Assembly (NCBI GenBank): GCA_963760615.1
Contig: CAVXDX010000004.1
Coordinates: 78,223-142,222, forward strand
From: an uncultured Candidatus Micrarchaeota archaeon
GTDB lineage: Archaea; Micrarchaeota; Micrarchaeia; Burarchaeales; Fermentimicrarchaeaceae
Reading direction: 5' to 3'
DNA length: 64,000 bases
Below, piece by piece: positions 27,265 through 35,726 of this stretch (within the stretch, counting starts at the first letter, position 1; each line of letters starts with the position of its first letter). The notes beneath the pieces are model-generated. The model made no database searches. It was not told where the DNA came from and saw only the letters and a program-made list of their open reading frames with translations. The translations under genes were made by a program, and so were the position numbers.

Positions 27265-28476
27265 ATGGGTTATATAGATTTGAAATATAAACCGGATGCA
27301 AATGACATGGTATGCTCTTTCTACCTTGAACCTTCTGGAGTCACCCTCGAGAAGGCTGCTGAGGACATAGCAGCTGAGAGCTCCATAGGGACGTGGACTG
27401 ATGTAGCAACAATGTCCAACAGGATAAAAAAAATGGGGGCAAAAGTTTTCAGCATCAGGAAAAGTATTGTGAAAGTTGCATATCCACAGGAGCTCTTTGA
27501 GGGGGGCAACATACCGCAAATTCTCAGTTCTGTCGCCGGCAACATATTCGGGATGAAAGCTGTAAAGAATTTGAGGCTGCTTGACATAGAGTTCAATGCG
27601 GGTATGGCGAAATCGTTCAAGGGCCCTGAGGTTGGTCTGGAAGACATCAGAAAGATAACCGGAATATACAACAGACCTCTGCTTGGAACAATATTCAAGC
27701 CCAAGCTCGGCTTGACCCCAAAGGAGATGGAGAAGCAGGCGCATATCATATACTCCAACGGCATTGACTGGTCTAAGGATGACGAGAACCTGGCATCAAT
27801 GAAGTTCAACAAATTCGAGGAGAGAGTGGAAAGGATGCTCGGAGTTGTCGACAGGATATACTCAGAAGAGGGCAGAAGAGTCATCTACGCGCCGAATACA
27901 ACCGGGCCAGTGGACATGATGATAGAGCGGGCTGAACTTGTAAAATCCCTTGGTGGTAGGTGCGTGATGGTTGATATCCTCACTGTGGGCTGGTCCGCCC
28001 TGCAGTACCTCAGGGAGCAGAACTTAGGGAGGATAGTCCATGGCCACAGGGCCATGCACGCTGCGCTTACAAGAAACAAGAAGCACGGTATATCCATGAT
28101 GGTTCTGGCTAAGTGCTCAAGGCTTGCTGGGGTCAGTGCCCTGCACACTGGGACAATTTTCGGGAAGATGGAAGGCGGAAGGGAGGATGTTGTCGCACTG
28201 AACAACTTTCTGAAATCCAGCTTCTTCGGAATGAAGAGGGTTATGCCCATAGCATCTGGAGGCCTGCATCCCGCTCTCATACCGAAGCTGGTTAATGCTC
28301 TGGGTGATGACCTGATAATAAACTGCGGCGGTGGTTTGTGGGGCCACCCGCAGGGCTCTGCAGCCGGTGCCCGGGCCATAAGGCAGTCCCTTGATGCAGC
28401 TTTGAAGGGCATACCGCTACAGGAATACGCAAAATCTCATGAAGAGCTCAGAATGGCCCTGAGGAAATGGGCCTAG
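27265..28476 (+). CDS. rbcL: Form III RuBisCO large subunit
   Basis: GTIFKPKLG, SKDDENL (carbamylated Lys), HGHRAMHA, GKMEGG, ASGGLHP, GGGLWGHP. Confidence 0.95.
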   Translation: MGYIDLKYKPDANDMVCSFYLEPSGVTLEKAAEDIAAESSIGTWTDVATMSNRIKKMGAKVFSIRKSIVKVAYPQELFEGGNIPQILSSVAGNIFGMKAVKNLRLLDIEFNAGMAKSFKGPEVGLEDIRKITGIYNRPLLGTIFKPKLGLTPKEMEKQAHIIYSNGIDWSKDDENLASMKFNKFEERVERMLGVVDRIYSEEGRRVIYAPNTTGPVDMMIERAELVKSLGGRCVMVDILTVGWSALQYLREQNLGRIVHGHRAMHAALTRNKKHGISMMVLAKCSRLAGVSALHTGTIFGKMEGGREDVVALNNFLKSSFFGMKRVMPIASGGLHPALIPKLVNALGDDLIINCGGGLWGHPQGSAAGARAIRQSLDAALKGIPLQEYAKSHEELRMALRKWA

Positions 28477-28530
28477 CTATGTCACGAGCAACTTACGGAG
28501 TATTATACTACCTCAAACACAAATCTAATC

Positions 28531-29193
28531 ATGGAGAGATGCTCAATCTGCCAGAGGGAGTTTGAAGTATCCGAGGGAGTTTTCTTTGAGAATAGGTGGT
28601 TCTGCAGAGACTGCTCCATAGGATATGGGCAGTTTGAGACATGCTCACGGTGCAGGAGGAGCGTCGCCCGCTGGGATTACACCACTCACAAGGCAGTGAT
28701 TCTCTGCAATCAATGCTATGACACGGTTCTTGAGCAGGAGAGGCTTGCGAGGATGTGCGCCATATGCAAGAAAGAGATAACGGGCCCTTCTGTTATAGAT
28801 CCCCGGGGCAGGAAGGTTTGTCTGGAGTGCTACAGAAAAAACAATCTCAGGCCCCTTGGAGTGAAAGTCGTCTCATGCGTCTCCTGCGAGAAGGAGATTC
28901 CGCAAACGGAAGCAGTATTCGTGAAGGAGAAGCCTGTCTGCAAGAAGTGCATTGAGAAATTCATGAGGGAAAGAGCATTCCTAGTATGTTCGCGCTGCGG
29001 CTCAAAGATATATGCGAAGCCGATGCAAGTAGGGGATGAAACCCTATGCCCCACATGCTACAGCCAAATTCCTCCAGGTGAGGAGAGGTGCGTAGTCTGT
29101 GGAAAGGCAATAAGGGCGATAAAATTCATTAGACGAGATGGAGCTGTACTGTGCATGAACTGCTCAAAGAAGGAATCAGAGCTTTCTCGCTAG
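28531..29193 (+). CDS. Tandem zinc-finger protein (12 CxxC; LIM/TRASH-like)
   Basis: Twelve CxxC motifs arranged as six CxxC-x16-17-CxxC units. Confidence 0.75.
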   Translation: MERCSICQREFEVSEGVFFENRWFCRDCSIGYGQFETCSRCRRSVARWDYTTHKAVILCNQCYDTVLEQERLARMCAICKKEITGPSVIDPRGRKVCLECYRKNNLRPLGVKVVSCVSCEKEIPQTEAVFVKEKPVCKKCIEKFMRERAFLVCSRCGSKIYAKPMQVGDETLCPTCYSQIPPGEERCVVCGKAIRAIKFIRRDGAVLCMNCSKKESELSR

Positions 29194-29484
29194 TTGAGAG
29201 AGATAGGCTTTGGCCTTCCTCAGCTCTTCACTTCCTTTTTTGGTGACTGTGTAGTACTTCCTCCTCCCCTCAAACTCGGAGGATATCAACCCCTCGTTCT
29301 CAAGCTTGTAGAGCACCAAATAACTGGTTATAAGTCCATGGCTCCAGCCGAAGTCCTTCTCTATGTCGCTCCTGAGCCCGTAGGCATACACTTTGCCCCT
29401 CTTTAGCTTTGAAAGGATGTACAGCCACAAGTTGCCTTTTGTGAGGCTCCTTCTCAACCTCCGCATTGCCTTGCTGTCTACCAT
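29176..29484 (-). CDS. PadR-family winged-helix regulator
   Basis: YAYGL, YLVLYKLENEGLI, RRKYYTVTKKG. Confidence 0.92.
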   Translation of the reverse strand: MVDSKAMRRLRRSLTKGNLWLYILSKLKRGKVYAYGLRSDIEKDFGWSHGLITSYLVLYKLENEGLISSEFEGRRKYYTVTKKGSEELRKAKAYLSQLARKL

Positions 29485-29546
29485 AAGTTATATATGCAAG
29501 CTTTAAATATATATTTATTTATAAAATATTTATAAAAAATTAAAAT

Positions 29547-30638
29547 ATGGTGGTAAATGTGGGAAAAATAAAAGTTGCTCTGGTTGGCATTGGCAACTGC
29601 TCTTCCTTCTTGGTTCAGGCCATTGAGTACTACAGGGGGAGGGAGGAGAAGGACATACCTGGAATAATGCACGTGGTGCTGGGCGGCTATAAGGTAGAGG
29701 ACATAGATTTTGTTGCTGCATTCGACGTTGATAAGAGGAAGGTGGGGAAGGATCTGAGCAAGGCAATATTCCAAGAGCCCAACAACGCTATTAAACTGAC
29801 TGAAGTTCCCAAGGCAGGCGTGAGAGTGGAAAAAGGGCCGGTGCTTGATGGAATTGGAGATTACCTTAAGAAAGTGGTCTTCATAGACCCCAACCAGAAG
29901 CCGGTTGATGTCGCAGATGTGATAAAGGGTTCAAAGGCCCAGGTCGTCATAAACTACCTCCCAGTGGGCTCGTATGATGCAACACGTTTCTATGCGCAGG
30001 CAGCTCTCGATGCGGGATGCGGCTTCATAAACGCAATTCCCGAGTTCCTCGCATCCGGCGAGTTTGCCAGCAAGTTTGAGAAGAAAAAGCTTCCAATTCT
30101 CGGGGATGACATAAAAGGGCAGCTTGGCGCATCAGTTCTCTCAAGGACACTTGCGAGGCTTTTCAAGGACAGGGGCACTGCCTTGGACAGGATGTACCAG
30201 CTGAATTTTGGGGGAAATTCTGACTTCCTAAACTTGCTTGAGGAAAGCAGGCTGAAGTACAAGAGGATAAGCAAGACCGAGACTGTTCAGTCTGTCCTGG
30301 AGGAAAAGAGGCTCGATGAGTACAACATAAAGATAGGACCGAGCGATTACGTTCCATGGCTCGGGACAAGGAAGATAGCAAGCATGAGGTTCGAGGGGAG
30401 GAGCTTTGGTGACGCATCTGTTTACCTGGATGTGAAGCTGGATGTGGATGACAAGTCAGTTTCGGCAGGCATAATGGTGGATGCCATAAGGTGTTGCAGA
30501 CTGGCCATGGAGAGGAAAATAGGAGGGGCGCTGGTGTCGCCCTCAGCATACTTCTTCAAGGTTCCACCAGTCCAATACCCTGATTATGTCGCAAAGGAGA
30601 TGCTGGAAGAGTTCATAGAAGGGAAGAGGGAGCGCTGA
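29547..30638 (+). CDS. ino1: myo-Inositol-1-phosphate synthase
   Basis: VALVGIGNCSS, NYLPVGS, GDDIKGQLG, QLNFGGNSDFLNL, DDKSVSAG. Confidence 0.95.
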   Translation: MVVNVGKIKVALVGIGNCSSFLVQAIEYYRGREEKDIPGIMHVVLGGYKVEDIDFVAAFDVDKRKVGKDLSKAIFQEPNNAIKLTEVPKAGVRVEKGPVLDGIGDYLKKVVFIDPNQKPVDVADVIKGSKAQVVINYLPVGSYDATRFYAQAALDAGCGFINAIPEFLASGEFASKFEKKKLPILGDDIKGQLGASVLSRTLARLFKDRGTALDRMYQLNFGGNSDFLNLLEESRLKYKRISKTETVQSVLEEKRLDEYNIKIGPSDYVPWLGTRKIASMRFEGRSFGDASVYLDVKLDVDDKSVSAGIMVDAIRCCRLAMERKIGGALVSPSAYFFKVPPVQYPDYVAKEMLEEFIEGKRER

Positions 30639-30699
30639 GCTCTTCCGGAAAGCATCAGGTATAAATATCTAGTTGAGCCATCTATACTTTGGTGTTAGA

Positions 30700-31380
30700 A
30701 TGAAGTTTGGGATTCCGAATCTGGTGGATGCCATAGGTGAGCTTCCTGAAAGGAGCAATTTCCTATTCATAACCCCGCCAAGGCCTGAGAAGAACATATT
30801 TGCAGCTCACTACATAAATGAGGGCCTCAGCTCCCAGCAGCCAGCTATATATGTGACAACGGACATAGCGCCGAGCGAGATAGAGGCACGTGCAAGCTCG
30901 TTCGGCTGGAATTTCTCAGAACACACTAACAAGAAGCTCTGGTTCGTCGACTGTTATTCTTGGGCTTTGGAAAAAAAGCCTGTGGAGCGGAGGGATATAC
31001 GCGTTTCAGGTCCCTCTTCCCTTGATGATTTATCCCTCAGCATAAACCAGGCAACCTATGAGGCCAATAAGCTGTCCCCTATCGGGAGGGTTGTCTTCCA
31101 GAGCCTTTCAACTCTGCTCATATACAACAGTCCGAGCATAGTATACAAATTCTGCCAGGTGCTTGGAGCGCGTCTCAAATCCACAGGAATGACCTCGCTT
31201 TTCATGGTTGAGGAGGGGATGCACCAACCCGATGTGCTGGCAACGCTTGAGCACATGATGGATGGTATAATAGAGGTGAAGTTTGAGGATGGGAAATGGT
31301 TCATAAGCTCATCCCAGATCAGGTCAAGCGGGAAGGTTGAACTCAAGATAACGGATAAGGGAGTTGAAGCTGTAAGGTAA
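30700..31380 (+). CDS. KaiC/RAD55-like RecA-fold protein with degenerate Walker A
   Basis: PAIYVTTD, WFVDCYS, LEHMMDGIIE; P-loop reads TPPRPEKN. Start moved to ATG 30700. Confidence 0.8.
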   Translation: MKFGIPNLVDAIGELPERSNFLFITPPRPEKNIFAAHYINEGLSSQQPAIYVTTDIAPSEIEARASSFGWNFSEHTNKKLWFVDCYSWALEKKPVERRDIRVSGPSSLDDLSLSINQATYEANKLSPIGRVVFQSLSTLLIYNSPSIVYKFCQVLGARLKSTGMTSLFMVEEGMHQPDVLATLEHMMDGIIEVKFEDGKWFISSSQIRSSGKVELKITDKGVEAVR

Positions 31381-31385
31381 TTTCC

Positions 31386-32165
31386 ATGGGAGAGGAAGAG
31401 GGAGACATAGACGCAGTAGATTACTCCGCCCCGTCATTTGCAAAAGCACCTGAGCCTGCCAGGGAGGAGAAGGTGAAGACGGATATACCCGGGCTGGATT
31501 CCATGGTAGGCGGAGGATTTGAGAGGAAGAGCGTTATCATAGTGAGCGGAGCAGCAGGCTCCGGCAAGACGATACTCTCGCTGCAGTTCCTCTACAATGG
31601 GGCGACCAAGTACAATGAGCCTGGTTTGTATGTAACTTTTGAGGAGCAGAAGGAGAGCGTATTCAAGCACATGCTCGGCTTCGGCTGGGATTTTGCAGAG
31701 CTGGAGAGGGAGAGGAAGCTGGTTTTCCTTGAGTACCCCCCCCACGAGGTTGACAGGTTCATCAGTGAGGGCGCCGTTATAGAGGATATGGTGAGGGATT
31801 ACGGCATACGGCGCGTTGTGATGGACTCCATAACGTCGTTCATGCTTCTATACAATGATGAGTACAGGAGGAGGCAGGTTTTCCTCAAAACGATGGAGAT
31901 ACTGCGTAAATGGGGCTGCACAACTCTCCTCACTTCTGAAGGGATGGGCACAGAGGATGGGGAGGTTAAAACTCGGTTTGGAGTGGAGTTTCTGGCGGAC
32001 GGCCTCATCTCCATACACACAATAAAGAAGGGTGGCGTAAAAGAGTTTGCGCTGGAAGTCGTCAAACTTAGGGGAGCTGCCCACGAGATGAGGATGAACC
32101 TCATGAAGATAACTCCCAAGGGTATAGAGGTCTACCCCTCACAGCCGGTGTTTGGCGGAGAATAG
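31386..32165 (+). CDS. KaiC-like ATPase (single domain)
   Basis: KTDIPGLDSMVGGG, GAAGSGKT, YVTFEE, RRVVMDS, EFLADG, VVKLRG. Confidence 0.92.
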   Translation: MGEEEGDIDAVDYSAPSFAKAPEPAREEKVKTDIPGLDSMVGGGFERKSVIIVSGAAGSGKTILSLQFLYNGATKYNEPGLYVTFEEQKESVFKHMLGFGWDFAELERERKLVFLEYPPHEVDRFISEGAVIEDMVRDYGIRRVVMDSITSFMLLYNDEYRRRQVFLKTMEILRKWGCTTLLTSEGMGTEDGEVKTRFGVEFLADGLISIHTIKKGGVKEFALEVVKLRGAAHEMRMNLMKITPKGIEVYPSQPVFGGE

Positions 32166-32204
32166 ACTGAAAGCTTTTAATTGCGTAAACACAATATCAA
32201 CTGC

Positions 32205-34232
32205 ATGAGGAAAGCCCAAAGCGCTATTGAGCTTCTTGTAATAATCTCGCTCGTCATGGTAGTGCTGCTCATAATCTTCGAGTTTGCCATGACTAAGATA
32301 AACGAGAGCATATCGATGTCGCAGACTTCTGAAGCCAGGAACACGGTTGACAGACTCGCAAGGGCGGTTGTTGAAGTCAGCAACGAGGGAGTTGGAGCGA
32401 GGAGAAAGATATACATAACAATACCAGACAGGGTGAACCCAAACAGAATAATCATAGCAAACACCACCATCACCATCGGAATCTATGTCCAGAATGGCAC
32501 AAGCGACATAAGCGCTCCAACTAGCTTCCCGGTTGTGGGAGGGTCATACTTCCCTGCAACACCTGGCAGCTACTGGGTATGGGTGGTGAGCAGGCAGGGC
32601 TATGTGCAGGTTGGAACCGCCCTTGAAGTATCCCCTCTGAGTGAGTATTTTGAGCTATTCCCCAGCAATTCCACCAGCGCAAACATCAGCATAACAAATA
32701 ACGGCGTATCGCCTCTGAATGTGACCCTGAATCTAGCCTGGACGGATTCTGAAATCAGTGCAACAGTAAACGGCACAAGCAGTTTGAGTTTCAACCTCCC
32801 TGCAACCAGCTCCAGTGCCCAAGCTGTGGATCTCACTGTGGGAGCAAACCTCAATGCTTCACAGGGCTTGCACAGCGGCTATCTGAGCGTGACGACAAAC
32901 ATCTCAGAGAGCGAAATCATACCAATTGTCGTAAATGTGGTGAGCCCGCCTTACACTTCCACAGGGGTTTTATACCTGTCAATCGGCACATACAACGACA
33001 GCACATACGCAAATCCATCCACAAGTTTCATGGCGGCTGGGCCCACCAACGTAACCTATTACAAAGCCAGATCGTACAACTCAACTGACGGGTTGGTCAA
33101 CTCGAATGTTACAGTGAGAGTTTACAACACTACATCAGCTATTGTGAGCGAGCAAACATACCCTGCAAATAACGGGACAGGTGTCTACATAGGAAATTAC
33201 ACTCTCCCCTCAACTGCGCCAACTGGCTCATGGAAAATAACAGCTTATGACATTGGAGGGGCTAGCGCAGCAATGTACTTCACCGTCTTGCCATATTGGC
33301 TTACCGGTTGGCAGTACAGGAAAGCGCACAACATCACTGGCTCAACAGCGGGTGCTCAGACAGATTACCAGGTGCAGATTATCGTCCAGAATGCTAGTGG
33401 GGCAGATAGCGGGAATATTGTCAATATCAACAATAAAATGAGAAGCGACTTTGGGGACATTAGGTTCACGAATAGCAGTGGCACTTTGTTGAACTACTGG
33501 ATGGAAAACTACACCTCGGGAACGAATGCTACCTTCTGGGTTAAGGTCGATAGCATCCCAGCCTCATCAAATAATGCAACAATTTACATTTACTATGGTA
33601 ATAGTGGTGCAACAAACATAAGTAATGGAGATAATACATTTCTATTTTTTGACCATTTTGATAATCCAAACAATGCTCTGAATACAACTAAATGGACTAC
33701 TTATAATTCTCCTACAGTTAGTGTTGCAAATAGTTGGGTAACTATTACTACTACAACAACAGGATGGAAAGCCATTCTCGGCACGACATCAATGCTTTAT
33801 GGTAGATGGCGAAGTGTGGGGCAGATGCCAGAAAATACAAAATATGAAGAATTGGGTTTGGCAAAAGACTCTACAAGCTGGTCAGTTGGAACCAACACTT
33901 CAAGTTTTTATTGGACAACTGAACCGGGTACTCCCAGTTATAAGATTTATGTGGCAGACGCTACTACTTACAGTTATCCATCAATTACGTCTACAACTGA
34001 TGTTCACATATTTGAACAATTATGGAAATCAGGAACCATAGCTTACTACATTGATGGAACTTTAAAATATACTGAGACAACACATGTCCCGGCATCTACT
34101 CAAACTGCTCATGGTGCTGTTCATAGTGCTTCTGGAACTTCTACAAGTAAAATGGATTGGGTATTTCTCAGTAAATACGTTGATCCAGAACCTTCTCATG
34201 GAGCATGGGGAAGCGAAGAGTCCTCGAGCTAG
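32205..34232 (+). CDS. Class III signal-peptide (type IV) pilin-like protein with Ig-like domains and C-terminal DUF2341
   Basis: MRKA|QSAIE prepilin signal; WQYRKAHNITG...DFGDIRFT...LNYWME...FWVKV...YIYYGN (DUF2341). Confidence 0.85.
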   Translation: MRKAQSAIELLVIISLVMVVLLIIFEFAMTKINESISMSQTSEARNTVDRLARAVVEVSNEGVGARRKIYITIPDRVNPNRIIIANTTITIGIYVQNGTSDISAPTSFPVVGGSYFPATPGSYWVWVVSRQGYVQVGTALEVSPLSEYFELFPSNSTSANISITNNGVSPLNVTLNLAWTDSEISATVNGTSSLSFNLPATSSSAQAVDLTVGANLNASQGLHSGYLSVTTNISESEIIPIVVNVVSPPYTSTGVLYLSIGTYNDSTYANPSTSFMAAGPTNVTYYKARSYNSTDGLVNSNVTVRVYNTTSAIVSEQTYPANNGTGVYIGNYTLPSTAPTGSWKITAYDIGGASAAMYFTVLPYWLTGWQYRKAHNITGSTAGAQTDYQVQIIVQNASGADSGNIVNINNKMRSDFGDIRFTNSSGTLLNYWMENYTSGTNATFWVKVDSIPASSNNATIYIYYGNSGATNISNGDNTFLFFDHFDNPNNALNTTKWTTYNSPTVSVANSWVTITTTTTGWKAILGTTSMLYGRWRSVGQMPENTKYEELGLAKDSTSWSVGTNTSSFYWTTEPGTPSYKIYVADATTYSYPSITSTTDVHIFEQLWKSGTIAYYIDGTLKYTETTHVPASTQTAHGAVHSASGTSTSKMDWVFLSKYVDPEPSHGAWGSEESSS

Positions 34233-34306
34233 CGCATCTCACAGTATTGCATCTTTCTCTTTAGCGGTGCATAAGTAATTTAAATAACAAAATGCAATCC
34301 CAACCC

Positions 34307-35374
34307 ATGTTCCGTAAAGGCCAGGAAGCGACTGAGCTGATTGTTCTGCTTGCAATGATTACCGTCGCGGGTCTGGTGATATATTCAACAAGCCAGACAA
34401 ACCTCGCCCAATCCCAGAGGACTCTCATCATCTCCCAGGCTAAAGCCGCAATCAGCGATCTCTCAAGTGCTGCATCTGAGGTTTATTCCGAGGGTGCTGG
34501 GGCGAGGAGAAAGGTTTACATCACCATACCCGAAGGGGTGGACTCCAGCGGGGTCTATGTGAACAACACAATGATAAACATCAGGGTTACATCAAGCTCA
34601 GGCTCAACTGACATAAACACCCAAACTTCAATGAGAGTTGTTCAGGGCGCTGATTTCCCCACAACACCTGGCAGCTACTGGGTGTACGTAACTGCAAAAC
34701 AGGGCTATGTCCTTATAGGCAGCTCATACATTAGCATAAACCCATCATCCCTCTCCATCTCGATGCCGCAATCCAATTCAACGAGCGGCGTAATTTCATT
34801 CACCAATATAGGAACGTTCCCAGTAGCCGTGACTCTATCATCTCAATGGTCCTATGGCGGAACTGTTAACGTCACCCTCAACACAACATATTTCGTTCTG
34901 TTCCCCTCAGGCACAGAGAATACGGTCAATTTGCTCGTCACAGCTCAGACATATTCCAACACGTCCCTCCAATCCTACTCCGGTAGCATCCTAGCCACAA
35001 CAAACACAACTGAAACAGACACAATCAACTTGAATGTGAACGTTATCGGAACTCAGGTGCCGACAGGTGTGTCCTATATTGTCGTAGACACCTTCAGGAA
35101 CAGCAGCTACTCTACACCTTCAACCAATTTCACCCTGCCGGCAATAGTGAACATAACCGGCTCCGGCTGGAGTTCTGGTGCGGTAACTCTGAATATAACA
35201 AATCCATCAGGAAGTTCAGTGAGCGGCTACCCAACTACTGTTACAGCAAACAGTTCCGGTGGCTTTAACTCCACCTGGAACCCTGCTGGGAATACGCCTG
35301 GCAATTATACGCTGGGTGCCAACCAGTCAGGCGCAACTGCCAGCACGTCATTCAATATTACAGGATGTCCATAA
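34307..35374 (+). CDS. Class III signal-peptide pilin-like protein, paralog of the 32205 N-terminal half
   Basis: MFRKG|QEATE; shares GARRKVYITIP and FPxTPGSYWV with 32205, including 22 identical nt (32557-32578 = 34662-34683). Confidence 0.85.
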   Translation: MFRKGQEATELIVLLAMITVAGLVIYSTSQTNLAQSQRTLIISQAKAAISDLSSAASEVYSEGAGARRKVYITIPEGVDSSGVYVNNTMINIRVTSSSGSTDINTQTSMRVVQGADFPTTPGSYWVYVTAKQGYVLIGSSYISINPSSLSISMPQSNSTSGVISFTNIGTFPVAVTLSSQWSYGGTVNVTLNTTYFVLFPSGTENTVNLLVTAQTYSNTSLQSYSGSILATTNTTETDTINLNVNVIGTQVPTGVSYIVVDTFRNSSYSTPSTNFTLPAIVNITGSGWSSGAVTLNITNPSGSSVSGYPTTVTANSSGGFNSTWNPAGNTPGNYTLGANQSGATASTSFNITGCP

Positions 35375-35456
35375 TGGTTTCATAAAAGAGAGAGAATATG
35401 AAAGATAGTTGCCCCAGGACATTGATATTACCTAATGTGATGAAATAGGGATTCAA

Positions 35457-35726
35457 ATGAGAGGAAAAACGATACTATCAAAAGGCATTCTGATTTTGCT
35501 ATTTTTAATCAGTGAGGCTTATGCTTCAACATACAAGGAATGCTCCGCATACTACTGCGGTTATTATTCCGGCACAGGTAGTACATGCCCTTCAATTACA
35601 ACCTATTGCAATGCTAGTAAATATTGCAGTGGTAGTCAGGCATGTGCGACTCCTGGTTCGGCTACCCTGACTGGCAGGGATGTCAAGGCATTAACATTCA
35701 AAATAAACAACGGGGCGAAGGCATGA
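35457..35726 (+). CDS. Small secreted disulfide-rich protein (6 Cys)
   Basis: Signal peptide ending SEAYA; same Cys spacing as modules in the next gene; ATGA overlap with it. Confidence 0.7.
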   Translation: MRGKTILSKGILILLFLISEAYASTYKECSAYYCGYYSGTGSTCPSITTYCNASKYCSGSQACATPGSATLTGRDVKALTFKINNGAKA

